Shown piece after piece: positions 27,139-35,965 of a stretch of DNA of 64,000 bases; the stretch's first letter is position 1; each line of letters starts with the position of its first letter. Source of the stretch: an uncultured Syntrophaceae bacterium (lineage in GTDB: Bacteria; Desulfobacterota; Syntrophia; Syntrophales; UBA5619); contig CAZWTL010000003.1 in NCBI GenBank assembly GCA_964637025.1, positions 4,056 through 68,055 on the forward strand, given 5' to 3'. The notes below the pieces were generated by a model. It searched no databases and was not told the DNA's origin. It was given only the letters and a program-made list of their open reading frames with translations. Made by a program: the position numbers and the translations under genes.

Positions 27139-27755
27139 ACAAAGAGGTCGCCACGGAGGCCTATATAGAGGAATTGCGGAAAGCCCTGAAGGAGAATCCC
27201 GGTTGTGCGCTGACACACTACAACCTGGGAATTGCTCTGATCACGCGGCATCAATGGGACGAGGCCATTGCAGAATTCACGGAGGCCATCGCGGAGAGTC
27301 CGCATCTGGCCGAGGCGTATATCAACCTCAGCGGGATATATTTTCAGAAAGGGGAACTGCAGAAAGGGATCGACCTCTGCGAGAAGGTCATTGGCTTCAG
27401 ATCCGATTTTGCTGTTCCCTACGGCAACATCGGATATGCCTATCTGCAAATGGGAAACGTTGAAAAAGCGATCGAGATGCTTAAGAAGGCCGTTCAGAAG
27501 GATCCCCGGTTCGTGCAGGCCCTCAGCGACCTGGGAAGCGCCTATCTGCGGCAGGGAGATATTGACGCCTGTATTACGCACTGCGAAAAAGCCATTGAAG
27601 TTGCCCCGCACTTCGCTGTTGCGCACAACAATCTGGCCGTGGCCTATCTCCAGAAAGGAGAAATCCCAAAGGCCATCGATCACTGCGACAGGGCATTGGA
27701 ATACGGATATGAGGTGCATCCCGAATTCCTGAAGGAATTGAGTGCATTCCGGTAA
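27135..27755 (+). CDS. Tetratricopeptide-repeat (TPR) protein
   Basis: About five consecutive 34-aa TPR units (recurring A..Y.NLG.AY...G....AI..Y..AL...P). Translationally coupled to the upstream ORF. Confidence 0.8.
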   Translation: MNKEVATEAYIEELRKALKENPGCALTHYNLGIALITRHQWDEAIAEFTEAIAESPHLAEAYINLSGIYFQKGELQKGIDLCEKVIGFRSDFAVPYGNIGYAYLQMGNVEKAIEMLKKAVQKDPRFVQALSDLGSAYLRQGDIDACITHCEKAIEVAPHFAVAHNNLAVAYLQKGEIPKAIDHCDRALEYGYEVHPEFLKELSAFR

Positions 27756-27963
27756 CGGCTCCGGACTTGCCTCCCGGACGAAGAAGGGGCGCCATGAAAG
27801 AGGGACAAACACGGTGTAAGACGCTGGCCGCGGGGCAGACAGCGGGACATGAGATCGTGGCGGTAAGGGATGTGTGAACATTGACGAAATGGGTTTTGAC
27901 CTGCGGGATGAATGGGCCGAAAGGGGCAATGCCCGCAGATTACTTGTGAGGGGAGGTATTTGA

Positions 27964-29271
27964 ATGGCAAAGCGTAAGACTCCGATGCTGGATGAATTGG
28001 AAAAGGGGAAGTGGCCGAGTTTTGTCTCCGATATAAAACAGGAGGCCGAGGCAAGGGAAAAAACCAAAGTGGATTTGCAGGTGCCGAAGGAGGTGTGCGA
28101 TGACCTCCTCGATCTCCTGGAACTCTCCTACAAGGATAAGGAGGGGCACTGGAAACACGGCGGGATCGCGGGCGTCTTCGGGTACGGCGGCGGCGTGATC
28201 GGACGATACTGCGACCAGCCGGACGCATTTCCGGCGGTGAAGGATTTTCACACCCTTCGCGTCAACCAGCCTTCCGGCTTCTTTTATAAGACCGAATATC
28301 TCAAGCAGTTGTGCGACCTCTGGGAGAGACGGGGCAGCGGCGTTACCAACATGCACGGGTCCACCGGCGACATCATCCTGCTGGGAACGACCACCCCGCA
28401 GTTGGAGGAGATCTTCTGGGAGCTCACCCACAATCTCGACCAGGACCTCGGCGGCTCCGGGTCCAACCTCCGGTCGCCGAACTGCTGTATCGGCAAGTCG
28501 CGCTGCGAGTGGGCCTGCTACGACACCCAGGCGGCGTGCCGGAACCTGACCATGGAATTCCAAGACGAGCTCCACCGCCCCTCATTCCCCTATAAATTCA
28601 AATTCAAGTTCGACGGCTGCCCCAACGGCTGCGTCGCTTCCATTGCCAGGGCGGACATGTCGGTGATTGGAACCTGGAAGGACGACATCCGCATCGATCA
28701 GGAGGCGGTCAAGGCTTATGTCGCCGGGGAATTCAAGCCCGACGGAGGGGCGCATGCAGGACGGGACTGGGGTCCCTTCGATATCCAGAAAGAGGTGATC
28801 GATCTCTGCCCCACCCACTGCATGGCGTGGGACGGCAAGAAGCTCGTAATCAACAACAAAGAATGCAACCGCTGCATGCATTGCATCAGCACGATGCCCA
28901 GGGCCTTGAGAATCGGAAAGGAGACGGGGGCCTCCGTCCTGTTCGGCGCCAAAGCCCCGATCCTGGAGGGCGCGCAGCTTTCGGCATTGACCATACCTTT
29001 CATGCCGATGGAAGAGCCTTTCGATGAACTCAAGGAACTGATCGGAAAGGTCTGGGATTGGTGGTCCGAAGAGGGCAGGAACCGTGAGCGGCTCGGTGAA
29101 CTGATCCAGCGCATGGGCTTCCCGAAATTCCTCGAAGTTTGCGGGGTCAAAGCCGATCCCCGCATGATCCGGGAACCCAGGTCGAACCCCTATATCTTCT
29201 GGAAGGAAAAGGACGTTCCGGGGGGATGGACGCGCGACATCAAAGAATTCAGAAAACGACACCAGAAATAG
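27964..29271 (+). CDS. dsrA: Dissimilatory sulfite reductase alpha subunit
   Basis: Typical DsrA N-terminus MAKRKTPMLDELEKGKWPSFV, siroheme/FeS Cys cluster NCCIGKSRCEWAC, ferredoxin insert CNRCMHCI. RBS GGGGAGG. Confidence 0.95.
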   Translation: MAKRKTPMLDELEKGKWPSFVSDIKQEAEAREKTKVDLQVPKEVCDDLLDLLELSYKDKEGHWKHGGIAGVFGYGGGVIGRYCDQPDAFPAVKDFHTLRVNQPSGFFYKTEYLKQLCDLWERRGSGVTNMHGSTGDIILLGTTTPQLEEIFWELTHNLDQDLGGSGSNLRSPNCCIGKSRCEWACYDTQAACRNLTMEFQDELHRPSFPYKFKFKFDGCPNGCVASIARADMSVIGTWKDDIRIDQEAVKAYVAGEFKPDGGAHAGRDWGPFDIQKEVIDLCPTHCMAWDGKKLVINNKECNRCMHCISTMPRALRIGKETGASVLFGAKAPILEGAQLSALTIPFMPMEEPFDELKELIGKVWDWWSEEGRNRERLGELIQRMGFPKFLEVCGVKADPRMIREPRSNPYIFWKEKDVPGGWTRDIKEFRKRHQK

Positions 29272-29282
29272 GAGGTTAAAAA

Positions 29283-30398
29283 ATGGCTTACGATCCAACC
29301 AATCCAATGAAGGACAGGATTACCGATATCGGTCCGAGAGATTACAAGGAATTTCTGCCCCCTGTCATCAACAGGAATTTCGGTAAATGGCTCTATCACG
29401 AGATCCTGGAGCCGGGCGTGCTGCTGCACGTCTCCGAGACGGGCGAGAAGGTCTACACGGTCAGGGTGGGCGGCGCGCGTATCATGAGCGTCTCCCATAT
29501 CCGCGAGATCTGCGAGATCGCCGACAAGCACTGCGACGGATACGTACGCTGGACCACCCGCAACAACATCGAGTTCATGGTCGACGACGAGGCGAAGCTG
29601 AAGCCGCTGATCGCGGACCTCGAAAAGAGGGAATTTGCCGGTGGATCGAAGAAATTCCCCAAGGGCGGAACCGGCGCCGGCCTGACCAACATCGTCCATA
29701 CCCAGGGATGGCTCCACTGCCATACCGCGGCGATCGATGCTTCGGGCATCGTCAAGGCCGTCATGGACGAGCTGTACGACGATTTTGAAAAGATGCGGCT
29801 TCCCGCCCATGTCCGGATCTCCCTGGCCTGCTGCCTCAACATGTGCGGCGCGGTCCACTGCTCCGATATCGCCATCCTGGGCGTCCACCGCAAGCCTCCC
29901 ATGGTCGACCACGAAAACCTGGGGAACATGTGTGAAATTCCCCTCGCCGTCGCCGCTTGCCCCACGGGCGCCATCAAGGCGACCACGGTGGAGGGCAAGA
30001 AGAGCGTCGTGGTGAATGACGAAAAGTGCATGTATTGCGGCAACTGCTTCACCATGTGTCCCTCCATGCCCCTTGCGGATGCGGAGGGAAGCGGCGTCGC
30101 GCTCCTGGTCGGCGGCAAGCTTTCAAACCGGATCAGCGCACCGATGTTTTCCAAGGTCGTGGTTCCCTTTATCCCCAATGAGCCCCCCCGCTGGTCGCAG
30201 ACGGTGGAGGCCATCAAGAAGATCCTCTATGCATATGCAAAGGGTGCAAAGAAATATGAACGCCTCGGGGATTGGGCCGCTCGGATAGGATGGGAAAGGT
30301 TCTTTGAAAAAACGGGGCTGCCCTTCTCGGAACACCTGATCGACGACTACCGTTTCGCCTATACGACCTGGCGTACCAGCACGCAGTTCAAATTCTAA
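29283..30398 (+). CDS. dsrB: Dissimilatory sulfite reductase beta subunit
   Basis: [26 protein letters not shown], ferredoxin domain [12 protein letters not shown]. Starts 12 nt after dsrA. Confidence 0.95.
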   Translation: MAYDPTNPMKDRITDIGPRDYKEFLPPVINRNFGKWLYHEILEPGVLLHVSETGEKVYTVRVGGARIMSVSHIREICEIADKHCDGYVRWTTRNNIEFMVDDEAKLKPLIADLEKREFAGGSKKFPKGGTGAGLTNIVHTQGWLHCHTAAIDASGIVKAVMDELYDDFEKMRLPAHVRISLACCLNMCGAVHCSDIAILGVHRKPPMVDHENLGNMCEIPLAVAACPTGAIKATTVEGKKSVVVNDEKCMYCGNCFTMCPSMPLADAEGSGVALLVGGKLSNRISAPMFSKVVVPFIPNEPPRWSQTVEAIKKILYAYAKGAKKYERLGDWAARIGWERFFEKTGLPFSEHLIDDYRFAYTTWRTSTQFKF

Positions 30399-30414
30399 CG
30401 AAAAGAGGTGTTAG

Positions 30415-30657
30415 ATGGGTACCGAAGAGGATAAGAAACTGGTCGTCGAAACCTTGAAGTCCAAGACGTTGAAAACGAAGTTTTATCTCAAGGACTTCAA
30501 TAAGATTTTCCCGGACAAGAAACCCCGGGAGGTCAGCAAGTTGGTCAACGAAATGGTGGCGGACGGCACCCTGGAGTACTGGTCGAGCGGCAGCACGACG
30601 ATGGTCGGCCTCAAGGGCGCCGGCATCCAGCACGACGCGGAAGACGGCAAAGAGTAA
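30415..30657 (+). CDS. dsrD: DsrD
   Basis: 80-aa winged-helix-like protein with the conserved YWSSGSTTM segment, in the canonical position after dsrB. Confidence 0.9.
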   Translation: MGTEEDKKLVVETLKSKTLKTKFYLKDFNKIFPDKKPREVSKLVNEMVADGTLEYWSSGSTTMVGLKGAGIQHDAEDGKE

Positions 30658-30673
30658 GGAACAGAGCGGGGAA

Positions 30674-32086
30674 ATGATCGTAGATCGTCCGAGGATAGTT
30701 TTCTCCGCTTTGCGTGGAAATTCGGGGAAAACCTTCTTGACCGTCGGCGTAGGCGCCTGCCTTCGCCGACGGGGAAGGAAGGTCTCCCCTTTCAAGAAGG
30801 GTCCCGATTACATCGATCCGGCCTGGCTCGAAATGGCCACGGGTGAGCCCTGTCACAATCTGGATCTGTTCCTGATGGAACGCGACGGGTTGGTTTCCTC
30901 CTTTGCCTCCCGCATTGGGCAAGCGGACGGGGCGCTGGTGGAGGGCAACCGGGGCCTCTTCGACGGCATGGACCGAGAAGGAAGTTACAGCACGGCGGAA
31001 CTGGCGAAGCTGCTGCAGGCGCCTGTCGTGCTTGTTCTGGACTGCAGCATGACGACGCGCACGGCAGCCGCGATGGTGCTCGGCTGTCAGCATTTCGATC
31101 CCCAGGTCGCCATACGCGGCGTTATCCTGAATCGGGTCGGCGGAACGCGTCACGAATCGGTGATCCGTTCCGCGATCGAGGATCACTGCGGGGTTACTGT
31201 ATTGGGGGCGGTTCCCAGAATCAGGGGGGGCGTCTTTCCCGTACGGCACATGGGTCTCGTGCCTCCCCGGGAGCACCCGGGGGCCGAAGGGGCCATCGAC
31301 GCAGCGGCCCGCATCGTGGACGGTTGCGTGGACATGGACCGGCTCTGGGAGATCGCCCGGGAAACCCCTGCTGCCTTTTTCGACGATCCGCCCCGGGTAG
31401 AAACGGAAGAGGCGCCTTGTCCATCGGCGGCGCCAAGAATAGGATATATCAGGGATTCCGCGTTCTGGTTCTACTACCCGGACAATCTGGAGGCCCTTGA
31501 AAGAACAGGGGCGGCCCTGGTGGAGTGCAGCGCCCTGAACGACCGGGAACTCCCTCCGATGGATGCCCTTTATATCGGAGGCGGCTTCCCCGAGACCCAT
31601 GCCGCGGCCCTTGCCGCAAACTCCGGGTTCAGGGAATCGCTGCGCAGGGCGATTGAGAAAGGGCTTCCGGTGTACGCGGAATGCGGAGGCTTGATGTATC
31701 TCGGGCAAGAGCTGATCGTGGCGGAGAAGACCTATCCCATGGCGGGGATCTTCCCTGTGCAATCCGTTCTGGACCGAATGCCTCATGGCCACGGGTACAC
31801 GGTCCTGGAGGTGGATGCCCCAAACCCTTATTTCAGCACCGGGGAAATGCTTCACGGTCATGAGTTTCATTACTCCCGGATCCCGGAACGGAAAGAGGGG
31901 GGGCTGAACTTTGCCTTCAATGTGAGACGGGGGCATGGCATCCAGGGGCAAAGGGACGGTCTGTGCTACAGAAATGTCCTGGCCACCTATTCCCACCTGC
32001 ACGCGGCGGGCACGCGAGGCTGGGCAAAGGCCATCTGGAAACAGGCTGTGCGACATCAGGAGGAACTTAACAGATCGGGGGGATAG
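30674..32086 (+). CDS. dsrN: Cobyrinic acid a,c-diamide synthase family amidase (DsrN, siroheme amidation)
   Basis: CobB/CbiA layout: N-terminal ATP loop RGNSGKTF, GPDYIDP, and a C-terminal glutamine-amidotransferase Cys in YAECGGLMYL. Located within the dsr locus. Confidence 0.85.
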   Translation: MIVDRPRIVFSALRGNSGKTFLTVGVGACLRRRGRKVSPFKKGPDYIDPAWLEMATGEPCHNLDLFLMERDGLVSSFASRIGQADGALVEGNRGLFDGMDREGSYSTAELAKLLQAPVVLVLDCSMTTRTAAAMVLGCQHFDPQVAIRGVILNRVGGTRHESVIRSAIEDHCGVTVLGAVPRIRGGVFPVRHMGLVPPREHPGAEGAIDAAARIVDGCVDMDRLWEIARETPAAFFDDPPRVETEEAPCPSAAPRIGYIRDSAFWFYYPDNLEALERTGAALVECSALNDRELPPMDALYIGGGFPETHAAALAANSGFRESLRRAIEKGLPVYAECGGLMYLGQELIVAEKTYPMAGIFPVQSVLDRMPHGHGYTVLEVDAPNPYFSTGEMLHGHEFHYSRIPERKEGGLNFAFNVRRGHGIQGQRDGLCYRNVLATYSHLHAAGTRGWAKAIWKQAVRHQEELNRSGG

Positions 32087-32203
32087 ACGAACGCGACACC
32101 GGTTGTTACGGGCTTGCCGGGGACTGGGGAAAGCCTATCGCCCCGGAACCCACAGAATTTTCGCAGTAGAATTTACAATTAAAAATTGGGAGGTAATTGA
32201 CGT

Positions 32204-32524
32204 ATGCCGCAGTTAGAGATCGGAGGAACGAATTACGAGGTTGACGAGGATGGCTTCCTGCAGGAACTGGACAAATGGAGCAGGGACTTTGCGCAAGGTT
32301 ACGCGGCCATCGAGGGCATCGAAGGATCCTTGACCGAGGACCATTGGAAACTGATCGACTACATCCGGAACTACTACGCTCAGTTCGGCATTGCACCCAT
32401 GATCCGCAAGATGTGCAAAGATACGAATCTGAGCCTCAAGCAGATTTACGAACTTTTCCCCTCGGGGCCTGCCAAGGGGGCCTGCAAGCTCGCCGGCCTC
32501 TCCAAGCCCACGGGATGCGTCTGA
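32204..32524 (+). CDS. dsrC: DsrC (TusE/DsrC/DsvC family)
   Basis: 106 aa ending ...CKLAGLSKPTGCV, i.e. the diagnostic C-x10-C-V C-terminal arm. RBS GGGAGG. Confidence 0.95.
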   Translation: MPQLEIGGTNYEVDEDGFLQELDKWSRDFAQGYAAIEGIEGSLTEDHWKLIDYIRNYYAQFGIAPMIRKMCKDTNLSLKQIYELFPSGPAKGACKLAGLSKPTGCV

Positions 32525-32632
32525 TGGCAATGCCTTCAGGACCGTCCCGGCAAGGATGAAGGGGTCCCAATCCGAAGGGAAGCCTGTTTTTGAAGACGGC
32601 TTTTGCCGGTCCGTTCCGATGACGGAAGCGCT

Positions 32633-32670
32633 GGGGGCGAATCCTCATTTTAAAATGAGGATTCGCCCCC
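32633..32670. terminator. Perfect 38-nt palindrome (19-bp arms) downstream of dsrC; hairpin terminator/stabiliser candidate
   Basis: GGGGGCGAATCCTCATTTT / AAAATGAGGATTCGCCCCC at 32633-32670. No downstream T-run. Confidence 0.55.
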
Positions 32671-32845
32671 ATAGGTGAGAAAACACCGTCCGCATTTTTT
32701 TCAGGTCGGTTGCAAACGCACGGCGCTTCGGTCTGCGGGGACCGCTTCAAACACATGCCGCCCGCCTCCGCCCTTTCGAAATCCCGATCCTTAATATATT
32801 GCGGGCCGGTTCTCATCACCAATGCAGGAAAGCAGGGAGTGACTT

Positions 32846-33379
32846 ATGCCTAATGAGCTCAGGGTGAATGGTGGTGCCATCCGCTTGATGGTTGGATTCA
32901 TCACCGATGTCGAGGATATGGATGGGCTGGTCTATTACGCCCGGCCGGATTTGACGTTGGGCGCCGGATTCGGTACGGCGATAGCCACCCAAGGCGGGCC
33001 CAAGGTGCAAGTGGAGCTTAAGAAGATAGGCAGCGCCGGCGTCACCGATGTGGTCGTCACGGCAGGAGGAAACCTCAAGGCCAAATACATCCTCCACGCC
33101 GTCGGACCCAGATTCCAGGAAGAGGAAAGCGAAGCAAAGCTCAGGGCCACCATGCAGAACGTGCTGCAAAAGGCGGAGGATCATAAACTCCGGAAAATCA
33201 TCCTGCCGGCGATGGGCGCGGGATTCTACGGAATTCCCCTGGACGTCAGCGCCCGGGTCACATTGGGAGTGGCCAGGGATTTCCTGGAAAAATCGGTGGA
33301 ACTCAGGGAGACGGTCTTCTGTCTCCGGGACTCGCGGGAGTTCAAGGTCTTCCAGGAACATCTGCAGAGGATGCAATGA
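32846..33379 (+). CDS. Macro-domain (ADP-ribose/O-acetyl-ADP-ribose binding or hydrolysing) protein
   Basis: The pattern ...GAGFGTAIATQGG...VTAGGNLKAKYILHAVGPRF...ILPAMGAGFYGIP follows the macro-domain layout (GxG loop, HxVGP, second glycine loop). Confidence 0.65.
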   Translation: MPNELRVNGGAIRLMVGFITDVEDMDGLVYYARPDLTLGAGFGTAIATQGGPKVQVELKKIGSAGVTDVVVTAGGNLKAKYILHAVGPRFQEEESEAKLRATMQNVLQKAEDHKLRKIILPAMGAGFYGIPLDVSARVTLGVARDFLEKSVELRETVFCLRDSREFKVFQEHLQRMQ

Positions 33380-33477
33380 AATGATATTGAATGCCGGGGT
33401 CTTTTCGTTCCCCGCTGAACGCAGATGTTCACTTCCGGTATGGGTTCAACGGGATCAAACAGGTTCAGGAGGATAGA

Positions 33478-34170
33478 ATGAGCGAAACCCTTCGCTTCGT
33501 TTCCGATGACTTGCAGCTGATGGCCCTGAGTTTTATGGCCATCGTCTATATCATTCGAATTCGCTGGCTCTTGAAGTTCAAGGCCTCCCGGGATCGGCAG
33601 GCGCCCTCGGAGCGCAATGAAACGTCCGCCTTCAAGGGAATCGTCTATTCCTGGGCGAACATCGCGATGCCCTGGTCCATGGAAAGCACACGGCGGATGT
33701 TTCCCTTCTACCTTCAATTCGTGGTCTTCCATCTGGCCGTGGCCGCCAACATCGCAATGTCTTTCGTCATCCCGTACGCACCGGGCCTGATGAAGCCCAT
33801 GATCGTGGTCCGACTGCTTCAGGCCCTGTTTGCGGCTGCCGTCGTGATCGGCTGCTACCGGATGTATCGCCGCCTCAGCAACCCGGCCATGCGCCTGATC
33901 AGCACGCCGGACGACCTGTTTTCACTGGGGCTGCTGACGGTCTGGTCGTTCGCCTCCATCTTCGCGGCGCCGAACCGCCCCGATCTGGGCGAAGGGCCAT
34001 TGCTGGTCTATTTCATCATGACCGCTTTCTTTCTGGTCTATGTGCCATTCAGCAAGATATCCCATTACCTGTATTATCCTTTTACCCGATTCTACTTCGG
34101 GAAAACCCTGGGCTACCGAGGCGTCTATCCGGTTAAACACGCGACACAGCCGAAGCCGACCCATACTTAA
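33478..34170 (+). CDS. DsrM/NarI-like integral membrane protein (paralogue 3, short form)
   Basis: 230 aa with about 5 TM segments. The C-terminal motif VPFSKISHYLYYPF is shared with DsrM (IPMSKLMHMAGVF) and with 37808-38749 (IPLTHMSHMFMKYF). ATG 33478 follows CAGGAGGA. Confidence 0.65.
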   Translation: MSETLRFVSDDLQLMALSFMAIVYIIRIRWLLKFKASRDRQAPSERNETSAFKGIVYSWANIAMPWSMESTRRMFPFYLQFVVFHLAVAANIAMSFVIPYAPGLMKPMIVVRLLQALFAAAVVIGCYRMYRRLSNPAMRLISTPDDLFSLGLLTVWSFASIFAAPNRPDLGEGPLLVYFIMTAFFLVYVPFSKISHYLYYPFTRFYFGKTLGYRGVYPVKHATQPKPTHT

Positions 34171-34195
34171 ATTCACATCCATACAGGAGCGATGA

Positions 34196-35947
34196 ATGTT
34201 CCCAAACGCGAGATCGCATAAAGCCGAAAAAGTCGTCGAGAAAATGGGCAGGAAACTGAGCCGCCAATTGGTGGGTTCGCTGGTCAGCTGCGTTCATTGC
34301 GGCATGTGCACGGAATCCTGCCACTATGTCCTGGCCAATCCGGACGATCCCACCTATGCCCCCGCCTACAAGGCGGATCAGATCCGGAAGATCTTCAAAC
34401 GCAACTTCGACTGGACCGGTAAGGTCTTTCCGTGGTGGGTTCACGCCCAGGATATCCGCACCGATGAGGAGCTGGAAAAACTCAAGGACATCGTTTTCGG
34501 GAAATGCACGAACTGCAGGAGATGTTCGATCAATTGTCCCATGGGCGTGGACTTCGCCCTCCTGAACCGGATGGCCAGAGGATTGCTTGTCTCCGTGGGC
34601 GTCATGCCTGAGGGCGTGGCCGTGGTCAGCAAGGACCAGTGGGAAGTGGGAAACCAGATGGGGGTTCTCCCGCAGGAATACATTGAAACCCTCGAATGGC
34701 TTTCGGACGAACTGGAAGAGGAGTTCAACGACCCCGCGGCCCGGATACCCATCGACAAGATGGACGCAGACATCGTTTACGCGATCAATCCCCGGGAGGT
34801 GAAATACGATCCCCGGACGATTTCCGACGCGGCCCGCATCTTCTACCTGGCGGGAGAAAACTGGACCATGCCCAGCGAGGGATGGGACATGACCAATTTC
34901 GGTCTCTTCTCCGGGGATGACGAGCTCGGAGGGGCGGTCGCCTTGAGGGTTTACGACAAGGTCCGCGAGCTCCGGGGCAAGACGCTGGTTCTTTCCGAGT
35001 GCGGCCATGGGTACCGGTCGACCCGGTGCGAAGGACCCAACTGGTCGGGGAAAGAGGTGCCCTTCGTGATCGAAAGTTCGGTCCTGACCATGCTCCGCTA
35101 CATCCGGGAGGGACGGATCCAGGTGGACAGGAACAAGAACACGGAATCCTGCACCTTTCACGATTCCTGCAACAATGCCCGCAGTTGCGGCTTCTTTGAG
35201 GAACCCCGGGAGCTTCTGGACCTGGTGGTCACCGATTTCCGCGAGATGTACCCGAACCGTGCGGAGAATTACTGCTGTACGGGCGGCGGCGGGGCGATGT
35301 CGATGTCGGAATATACGCCCCAGCGACTGAAATCGGCCGTGATCAAGGCTGAGCAGCTGAAGGCCACAGGGGCCAAGGCGGTCGTCACTTCGTGCCACAA
35401 CTGCGTGGACGGCTTGACCGATGTGATCCGGCACTACAAACTGGGCATGAAGGTGACCCAGCTCGTCAACCTGACGGCCAACGCCCTGGTGATCCCGGAA
35501 AAGAAGGCCGTCATCCCGGTGACCGTGCCGATGGCTGCAGCCGCGCTGCCGCTGCAGGGCTTCAAGATCCTGGTCGTGGACGATGAGCCGGATATCCTGA
35601 CCTTCATTTCGGTGGTTCTGGAGGACCAGGGCGCCACGGTGCTCCAGGCGGCCGACGGAGATCAGGCGTTGACATTGACAATGGCGGAGAAACCTGATCT
35701 GATTACCCTTGACCTGTCCATGCCGGGCAAAAACGGAGGCATGGTGTTTGAAGAAATCCGGAACAATCCGGAGATCGCTTCCACCAAGGTCTGCATCATT
35801 ACCGGGAAACCGGAGCTGAGACGGCTCATCTACGAGCGTCCGGTTCCTCCTCCCGAAGGGTATCTGGACAAGCCGATCGACGAAGAGGCTCTGCTGACCA
35901 ATATCCGGAAGATCCTGGAGACGAATCCTCCCGTCGGACACGCGTAA
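34196..35947 (+). CDS. DsrK/HdrD-like Fe-S CCG-domain oxidoreductase fused to a C-terminal response-regulator receiver domain
   Basis: Residues about 1-440 carry CVHCGMCTESCHY, CTNCRRCSINCPMG and the CCG elements FHDSCNNARSCG, NYCCTGGGG, TSCHNCVDG. Residues about 456-583 (nt 35561-35947) form a receiver: ILVVDDEPD, phospho-acceptor D in LITLDLSMP (GAC 35711-35713), CIITG, DKP. Confidence 0.85.
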   Translation: MFPNARSHKAEKVVEKMGRKLSRQLVGSLVSCVHCGMCTESCHYVLANPDDPTYAPAYKADQIRKIFKRNFDWTGKVFPWWVHAQDIRTDEELEKLKDIVFGKCTNCRRCSINCPMGVDFALLNRMARGLLVSVGVMPEGVAVVSKDQWEVGNQMGVLPQEYIETLEWLSDELEEEFNDPAARIPIDKMDADIVYAINPREVKYDPRTISDAARIFYLAGENWTMPSEGWDMTNFGLFSGDDELGGAVALRVYDKVRELRGKTLVLSECGHGYRSTRCEGPNWSGKEVPFVIESSVLTMLRYIREGRIQVDRNKNTESCTFHDSCNNARSCGFFEEPRELLDLVVTDFREMYPNRAENYCCTGGGGAMSMSEYTPQRLKSAVIKAEQLKATGAKAVVTSCHNCVDGLTDVIRHYKLGMKVTQLVNLTANALVIPEKKAVIPVTVPMAAAALPLQGFKILVVDDEPDILTFISVVLEDQGATVLQAADGDQALTLTMAEKPDLITLDLSMPGKNGGMVFEEIRNNPEIASTKVCIITGKPELRRLIYERPVPPPEGYLDKPIDEEALLTNIRKILETNPPVGHA

Positions 35948-35965
35948 CCAAGGGAAAACGATTTT

